64,000 nucleotides of DNA, taken from an uncultured Holophaga sp. (GTDB taxonomy: Bacteria > Acidobacteriota > Holophagae > Holophagales > Holophagaceae). The stretch lies in NCBI GenBank assembly GCA_963664825.1, contig OY761614.1:3392001-3456000 (forward strand), given 5' to 3'. Made by a program: the position numbers and the translations under genes. Below are positions 25,683 through 34,035 of this stretch, piece after piece. The notes beneath the pieces are model-generated. The model saw nothing but the letters and a program-made list of their open reading frames with translations. It was not told the DNA's origin and did not search any database. The first letter of the stretch is position 1. Each line of letters opens with the position of its first letter.

Positions 25683-28325
25683 ATGGATGCCCATCCTACA
25701 CCCGTCTCACCCGAGCACGCGCGCCTGAGGGACGCGGAGCGGGGCCTATGGCGGCGCTGGGGGCCCTATCTGGCCGAGCGGCAATGGGGCACGGTGCGGG
25801 AGGACTACAGCGCAGACGGGAATGCCTGGGAGTATTTCCCTCACGAGCAGGCGCGGAGCCGCGTCTACCGCTGGGGCGAGGATGGTCTCGCGGGCTTCTG
25901 CGACGACCAGCAGCGTCTTTGCCTGGCCCTGGCGCTCTGGAACGGGGCCGATCCCATCCTGAAGGAGCGCCTGTTCGGACTTTCCAATCCTGAAGGGAAC
26001 CACGGCGAGGACGTCAAGGAGCTCTACTACTTCCTGGACGGCCTGCCTTCCCACGCCTACATGAAGATGCTCTACAAATACCCCCAGAGGGCCTTCCCCT
26101 ACGCGCGGCTGGTAGACGAGAACAGGAGACGGAGCCGGGAGGAACCCGAGTTCGAGCTCCTGGATACGGGGATCTTCGAAGAGGACCGCTATTTCGATGT
26201 CACCGTGGAATATGCCAAGGGAGCTCCCGAGGACATCCTGATGCGGATCACGGTCCACAACCGCGGCCCGGAGCCCGCGCCGATCCACGTGCTGCCCCAG
26301 ATCTGGTTCCGCAACACCTGGGGCTGGAAGGGAGATCCCCCCGAAGCCTCCCTTCTCGCCACCTCCCAAGGATGCGTGGAGGCCCGCCATCCCACACTCG
26401 GCGCGATGCACATCTGGACGGGGGACTGCGAACGGCTCTTCTGCGATAACGAGACGAACGCCCCACTCCTCTTCGGCGTGCCGAAAGGGGGTTCCTTCAA
26501 GGACGCCTTCCACGCCTGCCTGATCGAAGGGGATGCCTCGGCCCTGAACGCGGATCTCCGGGGCACGAAGATGGCGGCCCACCATGTGCTCGACGTGCCC
26601 GCGGGAGAGTCCAGAACCGTCCGGATGCGGCTCAGCCGCGAGGAACGGGAGCGCCCTTTCGGGGACTTCGACGGGATCGTGAAGCTCCGGTCAGAGGAAT
26701 GCGAGGCCTTCTACGCCCAGCTACAGGCGGGGATCTCCTGCCCGGACGCGCGGCGGATCCAGCGCCAGGCCCTGGCGGGGCTCCTCTGGAGCAAGCAGTT
26801 CTACAGCTTCGATATCCCCCAGTGGATCGCGGGAGATCCGGCATATCCCCCTCCACCGAAGGGGAGGATGCGCAACAGGGAATGGATGCACCTCAACAAC
26901 GCCGAGGTCCTCTCCATGCCCGACACTTGGGAATACCCCTGGTACGCCGCCTGGGATCTGGCCTTCCACTGCCTGCCCCTGGCCATGGTGGACCCGGAGC
27001 TGGCCAAGGCGCAGCTGGTGCTGCTGACCCGGGAATGGTACATGCACCCTTCGGGCCAGCTTCCCGCCTACGAATGGGCCTTCGGGGACGCCAATCCCCC
27101 GGTCCACGCCTGGGCCGCCTGGCGCGTCTTCCAGATGGACCGCAAGCAGCAAAGAAAGGGTGACCTGCCCTTCCTGGAGCGCATCTTCCACAAGCTGCTC
27201 CTCAACTTCACCTGGTGGGTGAACCGCAAGGATGCCGAGGGCAACAACGTCTTCCAGGGGGGCTTCCTGGGCCTGGACAACATCGGCGTCTTCGATCGGA
27301 GTGCGCCGCTCGATGTCGGCGATCACGTCAACCAGGCGGACGGAACCGCCTGGATGGCCATGTTCAGCCTGAACATGATGCGGATCGCCCTGGAACTGGC
27401 CCTCCACAACCACGTCTACGAGGACATCGCCACCAAATTCTTCGAGCACTTCCTCTACATCGCCAAGGCCATGACCAGCATGGGTCACGGCGGCGTCGGC
27501 CTCTGGGACGAGGAGGACACATTCTTCTACGATGTCCTTTCCGTAGACGCTGGGCGGCAGATCCCCCTGAAGGTGCGCTCCATGGTGGGGCTCATCCCCC
27601 TCTTCGCCGTGGAGACCCTGGAGCCCGATCTGCTGGCGCAGCTGCCTGATTTCACCCGCCGCATGGAGTGGTTCCTGGAATACCGACCGGATCTGGCCGG
27701 CCTGGTTTCCCGCTGGAAGGAGCCTGGACTGGGGGACCGCCATCTGCTTTCCCTGCTACGGGGCCACCGCATGAAGTGTCTGCTCCGCAGGATGCTGGAC
27801 GAGGAGGAATACCTCTCCCCCTTCGGCGTGCGCTCCTTGTCGCGCCACCACCTGGAGCACCCCTACCGCTTCACGGACGAGCAGGCGGAGCACATGTTCA
27901 CCGTCCAATACCGGCCCGGGGAATCCGATTCGGGACTCTTCGGCGGCAACTCAAACTGGCGGGGCCCCGTGTGGTTTCCCGTGAACTACCTCGTGATCGA
28001 ATCCCTCCAGAAGTTCCACCACTACTACGGGGATGGCTTCCTCGTGGAGTGTCCGAAGGGCAGCGGCAGGATGCTCAGCCTCAACGGGATCGCCGACGAG
28101 CTTCGTAGCCGCTTGGCCAGCCTATTCCTGAAGGATGAGACGGGCCGACGGGCCTTCTTTGGAGACGACAACCGCTGTCAAAAGGACTCGGCCTTCCGGG
28201 ATCACCTGCTCTTCCACGAGTACTTCGACGGGGACACGGGACAGGGTCGAGGGGCCTCCCACCAGACCGGTTGGACGGCCCTCATCGCCAAGATCCTCCA
28301 GCCCAGGCCTGCGCGTCAGGGGTGA
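25683..28325 (+). CDS. MGH1-like / GH63 family glycoside hydrolase
   Basis: WGPYLAERQWGTVREDYS, GNHGEDVKE, MPDTWEYPWYAAWD, GGFLGLDNIG, GGNSNWRGPVW, GASHQTGWT. Confidence 0.9.
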   Translation: MDAHPTPVSPEHARLRDAERGLWRRWGPYLAERQWGTVREDYSADGNAWEYFPHEQARSRVYRWGEDGLAGFCDDQQRLCLALALWNGADPILKERLFGLSNPEGNHGEDVKELYYFLDGLPSHAYMKMLYKYPQRAFPYARLVDENRRRSREEPEFELLDTGIFEEDRYFDVTVEYAKGAPEDILMRITVHNRGPEPAPIHVLPQIWFRNTWGWKGDPPEASLLATSQGCVEARHPTLGAMHIWTGDCERLFCDNETNAPLLFGVPKGGSFKDAFHACLIEGDASALNADLRGTKMAAHHVLDVPAGESRTVRMRLSREERERPFGDFDGIVKLRSEECEAFYAQLQAGISCPDARRIQRQALAGLLWSKQFYSFDIPQWIAGDPAYPPPPKGRMRNREWMHLNNAEVLSMPDTWEYPWYAAWDLAFHCLPLAMVDPELAKAQLVLLTREWYMHPSGQLPAYEWAFGDANPPVHAWAAWRVFQMDRKQQRKGDLPFLERIFHKLLLNFTWWVNRKDAEGNNVFQGGFLGLDNIGVFDRSAPLDVGDHVNQADGTAWMAMFSLNMMRIALELALHNHVYEDIATKFFEHFLYIAKAMTSMGHGGVGLWDEEDTFFYDVLSVDAGRQIPLKVRSMVGLIPLFAVETLEPDLLAQLPDFTRRMEWFLEYRPDLAGLVSRWKEPGLGDRHLLSLLRGHRMKCLLRRMLDEEEYLSPFGVRSLSRHHLEHPYRFTDEQAEHMFTVQYRPGESDSGLFGGNSNWRGPVWFPVNYLVIESLQKFHHYYGDGFLVECPKGSGRMLSLNGIADELRSRLASLFLKDETGRRAFFGDDNRCQKDSAFRDHLLFHEYFDGDTGQGRGASHQTGWTALIAKILQPRPARQG

Positions 28326-28353
28326 TACGGTTCCGTAATTCAAAGAACAGATG

Positions 28354-28455
28354 CACCACGGAGGCACCGAGAACACGGAGAAAGAAAGGGACAGGGCCCA
28401 GGGAAACACGTGGTTCCTCCAGCTTCATCTCCGTGCCCTCCCCGTCTCCGTGGTG
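28354..28455. repeat. Short inverted-repeat (MITE/REP-like) element between convergent genes
   Basis: Left arm caccacggag-gcaccgagaa-cacggaga (28354-28381). The reverse complement of the right arm (28428-28455) is caccacggag-acggggaggg-cacggaga. Confidence 0.75.
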
Positions 28456-28483
28456 AGTTTTCTTTGACTTCAACTTGGGGTGA

Positions 28484-29185
28484 TCAGCCCACGGCAGCGA
28501 AGTCCTCCTTCGTGGCCCCACAGAGGGGACAGGTCCAATCGGAAGGCAGATCCTCGAAGGAGGTGCCCGGGGGGATGTGGGCCACAGGGTCCCCAACGCT
28601 CGGATCGTAGAGGTAGCCGCAGACGGAGCACTTGAAGCGTCCCGGGGCGGTTTCCTCCCCAGGGGCCGAGTCTCCCCGGTAGGTGGGGGCATTCTTCGGG
28701 GAATGGCCCTTCTTCACGGTCTGGTAGGTGGCGTAGGTGAGGGGCGTGCCTCGCTTCAGCACCTCCGCCCGGGTCAGCTCCACGATGAAGATGGTATGGG
28801 TTCCGCCATCGGCGCTGGCGACCACTCGGCCCTCCAGCACGGACAGGGCGCTCTCCGTCACAAGGGGACATCCGTTGGCAGTGAGGGTGTGCGGGGTCTG
28901 GGCGAACTTATCCACATCCCGACCCGACTTGAAGCCGAAGAGCCCGATGAGGCTCATGGAGGCCTGCTCCTCCAGGATGGAGATGGCCAGCACACCGCTC
29001 TCCTGGACGTAGGCGTGGGTGAGGTTGAGTTTGTTGAGGCTCACCGCCACCCTGGGAGGCTCTGAACTCACCTGGAAGACCGTGTTCACGATCTGTCCGT
29101 TGAACCTTCCGTCGGAAACCGAGGTGACGATGTAGAGGCCGTAGCTGATATCCCACAGGGCCTTGGAATCGATGGAAACATCCAT
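28484..29185 (-). CDS. Flavin reductase-rubredoxin fusion (high-molecular-weight rubredoxin-like)
   Basis: [32 protein letters not shown], plus C-terminal [17 protein letters not shown]. Confidence 0.9.
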   Translation of the reverse strand: MDVSIDSKALWDISYGLYIVTSVSDGRFNGQIVNTVFQVSSEPPRVAVSLNKLNLTHAYVQESGVLAISILEEQASMSLIGLFGFKSGRDVDKFAQTPHTLTANGCPLVTESALSVLEGRVVASADGGTHTIFIVELTRAEVLKRGTPLTYATYQTVKKGHSPKNAPTYRGDSAPGEETAPGRFKCSVCGYLYDPSVGDPVAHIPPGTSFEDLPSDWTCPLCGATKEDFAAVG

Positions 29186-29228
29186 GGGGTCTCCTTTCCC
29201 TGGCAGAGGACGGCGGCATCCGTAGGCC

Positions 29229-29262
29229 CCGGGGAGGAGGCGGGTTGGACCCGCCTCCCCGG
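29229..29262. terminator. GC-rich hairpin between rubrerythrin and the rubredoxin fusion
   Basis: ccgggg(agg)aggcggg-ttgga-cccgcctccccgg; no U tract. Confidence 0.45.
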
Positions 29263-29274
29263 TCCAAGGGTGGG

Positions 29275-29826
29275 CTACTGGTTGAAATACCTCTTCAGCA
29301 GGCCCTGGAAGGCGCTGCCGTGGCGGGCCTCATCCTTGCACATCTCGTGGACCGTGTCGTGAATGGCATCGTAGCCCAACTCTTTGGCACGCTTGGCCAG
29401 CTTGAGCTTGCCCTCGGTGGCGCCCCACTCCGCATCGGCCCGAAGGGTGAGGTTCTTGGCCGTGTCTGCGAAGACCACCTCGCCCAGCAGTTCGGCGAAG
29501 CGAGCGGCGTGATCGGCCTCCTCGAAGGCGATGCGCTTGTAGGCCTCGGCCACCTCGGGATAGCCCTCGCGATCGGCCTGGCGCGCCATGGCCAGGTACA
29601 TACCCACCTCGGTGCACTCGCCCATGAAGTTGTCCTTGAGGCCCTGAACCACCTCGGCGTCGAGGCCCTGGGCCACGCCGATGCGATGTTCGTCGGCCCA
29701 TACCCTGGATGTGGCCGAGGCCTTCAGCGTGAACTTCTCGGGACCTGCGCCGCACTGGGGGCACTTCGCGGGAGGCTCTTCGCCGACGTGAGTGTAGCCG
29801 CAGACGGAGCAGATGTAGGTCTTCAT
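29275..29826 (-). CDS. rbr: Reverse rubrerythrin (NADH peroxidase)
   Basis: N-terminal CSVCGY..CPQC, then ferritin-like [26 protein letters not shown]. Confidence 0.93.
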   Translation of the reverse strand: MKTYICSVCGYTHVGEEPPAKCPQCGAGPEKFTLKASATSRVWADEHRIGVAQGLDAEVVQGLKDNFMGECTEVGMYLAMARQADREGYPEVAEAYKRIAFEEADHAARFAELLGEVVFADTAKNLTLRADAEWGATEGKLKLAKRAKELGYDAIHDTVHEMCKDEARHGSAFQGLLKRYFNQ

Positions 29827-29982
29827 GGATCCTCCTGAAGGGTGGGGTTAGAACAGGCCTCGCGAGAGGCCCATGAACATATGCTGCCAGAGCCGCCGTG
29901 AACGTTACGGATTGTTTTCGGCTGAGTTCCCGTTCCGGCGGAAGGCCCCGGAGCCCTGGACTGAATGCGGATCGCCCCTGTT

Positions 29983-30711
29983 TCAGCCCAGTCCCAGGCG
30001 CTTCTTCAGGGCTGGGGAGGCCCCGCGGCTGATCTCGAGTTCCTGGCCCCCGGCGAGGCGGGCCATGAGGCGGCCGAATTCCCCGGGGCGCACGCCCATG
30101 ACGGCCTCGGGGCGCAGGAGGAGATGGCGGTGCCCTCGGATGAGGCCGCGGCCCGCCAGGGCGATCTCGGCCTCGGCCAGGCTCTTCCAGAGGGTGCGGA
30201 AGCGCTCCCCGGCATGGGCCCAGACAATTCCATCCTCGAAGGTGAAGTGGGTCGTGCGGGCCAGATCCAGGAAGATGACGCCCTCCCCGGCCTTGGCGGG
30301 GTACCGGAAGGGCCCCGCAGGCTTGGGCGCCTCGGGGCCACCATGGGCTTCGCTGGGCGTGCGCAGCCTCTGAAGGGTCTTCTCCAGACGATCGGCGGTG
30401 ACGGGTTTCAGCAGGTAGTCCACCACGGCCTGCTCGAAGGCCCGGACGGCATGTTCGGCGAAGGCCGTGACGAAGACGATGGGAATAGACCTGGGCAGGT
30501 CCTCCACCACATCCATGCCCGTGAGCCCTGGCATCTGGATATCCAGGAACAGGGCATCGGCCTCCCCCCCCTTCTCCAGCCACTCCAGCACGGAGGGGCC
30601 ATCCTCCAGTTCGGCCACCACCTGGCAGCCCGCCTCGCCCAGCAGGCGCACCAGCCGCCTGCGGTTGTAGGGTTCGTCCTCGGCCACCAGGATGCGCAGC
30701 GCTGCATTCAT
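29983..30711 (-). CDS. LytTR family response regulator
   Basis: REC domain (AEDE, FLDIQMP, FVTA, DYLLKP) plus LytTR-like C-terminus (IRGHRHLL, LEISR). Confidence 0.92.
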   Translation of the reverse strand: MNAALRILVAEDEPYNRRRLVRLLGEAGCQVVAELEDGPSVLEWLEKGGEADALFLDIQMPGLTGMDVVEDLPRSIPIVFVTAFAEHAVRAFEQAVVDYLLKPVTADRLEKTLQRLRTPSEAHGGPEAPKPAGPFRYPAKAGEGVIFLDLARTTHFTFEDGIVWAHAGERFRTLWKSLAEAEIALAGRGLIRGHRHLLLRPEAVMGVRPGEFGRLMARLAGGQELEISRGASPALKKRLGLG

Positions 30712-31832
30712 GCCTGGCCCCTTTTCTGAAGACAGAGTTCAGCCACGGTCCATTCGCCTTCCCGATGGAGCCGCAAGGCGTCCGGGCGCTCCCCCAGGAG
30801 GGATAGCCGCTCCCGCAGGTTGCTGAGGCCGATGCCTTCGGCGGTACCCTCCAGGAGGAGCTCACCCGTATTGGCCACGCCCAGGTGCAGCCGCTCTCCC
30901 TCGGCCCGGAGGAAGATCCGGATATCGCCACCGCCCCGGTGGGGGGCAATGCCATGTTTGATGGCGTTCTCCACCAGCGGCTGCAGGAGCAGGGGTGGCA
31001 GTTCCAGACCCTCGAGGGCGTCATCCCAGTCCCAAGCCACCCTCAACCGGGCCCCCAGGCGGATGTGCTCCAGGGCCAGATACTGTTCCAGGAGCTTGCG
31101 TTCGGAAGCCAGGGGAGCCTGGGTGCGCGAACCGTTATCCAAGAGCCCCCGCAGGAGCCCCGCGAGGCTCACAAGCGCCTCTTCGGCCGCCCCAGCATCC
31201 TCCCGCACCAGTTCCGTGAGCCCTCCGATGGCGTTGAAGAGCACATGGGGATTCATCTGGGCCTGGAGGGCCCGGGCCTTCGCGGCGGCGGCGGCCCTAA
31301 CGGCGTGGGATTCCTTCTGTTCGGCCCGTTCCTTTTCCGCCAGAATCCAGCCCAGGAAGATGGCGAAACTGAGATTGGTGATGCCGATGGTCACCATCCG
31401 GGGATGGAGGAAACGGTGATGGGGCGGGGGTTCTGGAGGTTCCACCCGCGGGGGGCGCCCCCCGCGAAGCTGGGGCTCCATCCCCGGTTCGGGCCCTCGG
31501 CGCCCCCCTTGGTGGTTGCCCCCGTGGCTCATCCCAAGGGCGAAGGAGAGCCCCACCACCCACACCAGGTTCCAGGGGATGCCCTGAAGCATGCCCCGCA
31601 GGGGCCCGGCCAGGGGCCGATGGTCTCCGGTCCACTGCCAGGGCACGGGGGAAAGGGCCAGGAAGGCGAAGGGCAGCGCGAAGGGATAGATGAATTCAGG
31701 CCAGCGGTCCGGAGGGGTGCCGAAACCCCAGCGGGTGAGGCTCCACACCAGACCGAAGGCCAGGACCGCGCCCCAGGTTGCGGGGCGCCGGGTCCGGGTC
31801 CAGGTGGTGGTGGCCAGTTCGGAAATGCGCAT
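30708..31832 (-). CDS. LytS-family sensor histidine kinase
   Basis: TM N-terminus, ALQAQMNPHVLFN, LQPLVENAIKHG, GIGLSNLRERL. Confidence 0.92.
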   Translation of the reverse strand: MRISELATTTWTRTRRPATWGAVLAFGLVWSLTRWGFGTPPDRWPEFIYPFALPFAFLALSPVPWQWTGDHRPLAGPLRGMLQGIPWNLVWVVGLSFALGMSHGGNHQGGRRGPEPGMEPQLRGGRPPRVEPPEPPPHHRFLHPRMVTIGITNLSFAIFLGWILAEKERAEQKESHAVRAAAAAKARALQAQMNPHVLFNAIGGLTELVREDAGAAEEALVSLAGLLRGLLDNGSRTQAPLASERKLLEQYLALEHIRLGARLRVAWDWDDALEGLELPPLLLQPLVENAIKHGIAPHRGGGDIRIFLRAEGERLHLGVANTGELLLEGTAEGIGLSNLRERLSLLGERPDALRLHREGEWTVAELCLQKRGQA

Positions 31833-31849
31833 GGAAAGTTAGTCTAGCT

Positions 31850-32386
31850 TCACTTGGCTTCGGGAGCGGGGCCCTCGGGAGGAGCCTCGTGTCCGGGGCC
31901 TCCGTCGTGCCCGGGACCTCGGCCATGCCTGAAGCCTTCGCCGCGCCGGGGCATGCCCTTGGGGCCTTCCTTGCGCAGCTTCTCGGCCTTGGCCTTCTGC
32001 TCGGGCGTGAGGAGGGCCAGGGATTCCTGCATCATGCCTCGGCGGTCCAGGGCCAATTCGAACTGGGCCTGGGTGGCCTTCTCATGCAGGGTCTTCAGTT
32101 GGTCGGCGGAAGTGGCGGGATCCAGCATGGCCTCGTGGAAGGCCTTCATGGCCGCCATCGCCGCCTCGTGCTTGCCCTTCATGGCCTCGCGATGGGTGTC
32201 GGCGAGGGCCTTCAGGCTCTTCTTCTGGGCCTCCGTGAGATTCAAGCCCCGCATCAGCAGGGGCCCGCCCTCGGGGTGGAATCCCCTCTCGCCGGGACGG
32301 GGACCGCCCTGGCAGTGGCACTGGGCCGCCAGAGGGGCGGCGAACATCGCCACCAGGGTGAGGGGGAGTGCGCTTCGGATGAACAT
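31850..32386 (-). CDS. Spy/CpxP family periplasmic protein
   Basis: Signal peptide (APLAA|Q) and two LTxxQ motifs (LNLTEAQK, LLTPEQK). Confidence 0.9.
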   Translation of the reverse strand: MFIRSALPLTLVAMFAAPLAAQCHCQGGPRPGERGFHPEGGPLLMRGLNLTEAQKKSLKALADTHREAMKGKHEAAMAAMKAFHEAMLDPATSADQLKTLHEKATQAQFELALDRRGMMQESLALLTPEQKAKAEKLRKEGPKGMPRRGEGFRHGRGPGHDGGPGHEAPPEGPAPEAK

Positions 32387-32467
32387 GTCAGCCTCCGGAA
32401 TCGCGTGGCGGGGGAATCCCGCTGCACAACCCAGTAGATGCCCTGGGCCGGGAAAAGGCTTATCCAA

Positions 32468-32500
32468 TTCCTGAACAGCCATTCCGGGGTCCTGAACGAC
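32468..32500 (-). promoter_or_regulatory. Putative LytTR direct-repeat binding site
   Basis: Minus-strand GTCGTTCAGGA ... GCTGTTCAGGA. The cctgaac copies at 32470 and 32491 give a 21-bp period, about 85 nt upstream of the Spy-like start. Confidence 0.6.
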
Positions 32501-32582
32501 AGAAGCCCGGCCTCCGCGTGCAACCCTCCCATGAGGGGAGAAATGCTCCCATAATCGGAAGGAACCCCAAGCCGGAGACACC

Positions 32583-33905
32583 ATGGATCTCAAAGTTCTC
32601 TTCAATGCCCACCTTCACGAGCGGCTCGCCTACGCCGAAAAGGCCCTGGCAACCCATGGATTCGAGGCCCTCGTCATCTCCAGCGGCGAAGCCCATACCT
32701 ACTTCGCCGACGACGAGGACGCGCCCTTCCGGGCCACGCCCCACTTCCGGCACTACTGCCCCCTCACGGGACCCCACCACGTGCTGGTGATCCGCCCCGG
32801 CCGAAAGCCCCTGCTGATCCGCTATGCCCCCGAGGACTACTGGTACGAACAGCTGAGCCTGGAGACCATCTGGAAGGGCAGCCCCTTCTGGCTGGAAGGC
32901 TTCGAGCTCATCGAGGCCCCGAGCCTGGAGGCCGTCTGGGAGGCCGTCGGCCGCCCCGCCAAGGCCGCCTACATCGGCAACGAGACGGGCCTAGCCGAAG
33001 CCGCCGGATTGAAGGCCAACCCCGCCCAGCTCATGGCCTTCCTGGACTGGGGCCGCGCCTACAAGAGCGACTACGAGATCCAGTGCCTCGAGGAGGCCAC
33101 GGTGCTCGGCGCCAAGGGCCATCTGGCGGGCCGAAAGGCCTTCCTGGCCGGCGCTTCCGAGCTGGAGATCCATCAGGCCTTCACCCAGGCCGTGGGCTGC
33201 CTGGACCACGAACTGGCCTTTTCCTCCATCGTGGCCCTCAACGAGAAGGGCGCCACCCTCCACTACGAGAGCAAGCGGAGCCTCAAGCACGGCCATTCCA
33301 TGGTCCTGGACTGCGGCGCCCGGGTGCGGGACTACGCCTCCGATATCACCCGCACCGTGACCTCCCCCAGCTGCGATGGCCGCTTCGTGGCCCTGGTGAA
33401 GGGCGTGGAAAAGCTCCAACTGGAACTCTGCGCAGGGGTCAAACCCGGGCTCCCCTTCGGCGAGCTCCATAACCAGGCCCACCTGAAGATCGCCACCCTG
33501 CTCCAGGAAGCGGGCATCCTCAAGGTCCATCCCGAAGAGGCCGTGGCCAAGGGATTCTCCCGGCCCTTCCTGCCCCACGGCCTGGGTCACCATCTGGGCA
33601 TCCAGGTCCATGATGTCGGCGGCAGATTGGCCAATGCCGAAGGCACCTTCCAGGCTCCCCCGCCGGAATATCCCAGCCTGCGCACCACGCGCACCCTGGA
33701 ACCCCGACAGGTGCTCACCATCGAGCCGGGCCTCTACTTCATCCCCATGCTCCTGCGGCCCTACCGCGAAGGGGCCTACCAGAACCGCTTCGACTGGAAG
33801 CTCATCGACGAACTGAGCCCCATGGGCGGCATCCGCATCGAAGACAATATGCTGGTCACCCCAGGCGCACCGCGGAACCTCACCCGCAAGCACCTGCCGG
33901 ACTGA
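32583..33905 (+). CDS. pepQ: Xaa-Pro dipeptidase (prolidase, M24B)
   Basis: LDCGA..YASDITRT, PHGLGHHLGIQVHDVGG, TIEPGLYF, GGIRIED. Confidence 0.93.
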   Translation: MDLKVLFNAHLHERLAYAEKALATHGFEALVISSGEAHTYFADDEDAPFRATPHFRHYCPLTGPHHVLVIRPGRKPLLIRYAPEDYWYEQLSLETIWKGSPFWLEGFELIEAPSLEAVWEAVGRPAKAAYIGNETGLAEAAGLKANPAQLMAFLDWGRAYKSDYEIQCLEEATVLGAKGHLAGRKAFLAGASELEIHQAFTQAVGCLDHELAFSSIVALNEKGATLHYESKRSLKHGHSMVLDCGARVRDYASDITRTVTSPSCDGRFVALVKGVEKLQLELCAGVKPGLPFGELHNQAHLKIATLLQEAGILKVHPEEAVAKGFSRPFLPHGLGHHLGIQVHDVGGRLANAEGTFQAPPPEYPSLRTTRTLEPRQVLTIEPGLYFIPMLLRPYREGAYQNRFDWKLIDELSPMGGIRIEDNMLVTPGAPRNLTRKHLPD

Positions 33906-33919
33906 CGCACCCCAAGGCA

Positions 33920-33950
33920 GCGGGAAAGGGCTCCAGGAGCCCCTTCCCGC
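33920..33950 (+). terminator. Hairpin downstream of pepQ
   Basis: gcgggaaagggctcc-a-ggagccccttcccgc; no clear U tract. Confidence 0.45.
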
Positions 33951-34035
33951 AGTTCCCTGACGGGCTCAACAGCCCCCCGAGGCCTGGGAGGATAGCCTCG
34001 CGTTGCGACATACTAAGGGCTCCCTTGGAGTCCCC

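Noticed and set aside
29880..29930. PerR/Fur box upstream of rubrerythrin
   Set aside because: ttacggattgttttc is only a loose match with poor dyad symmetry.
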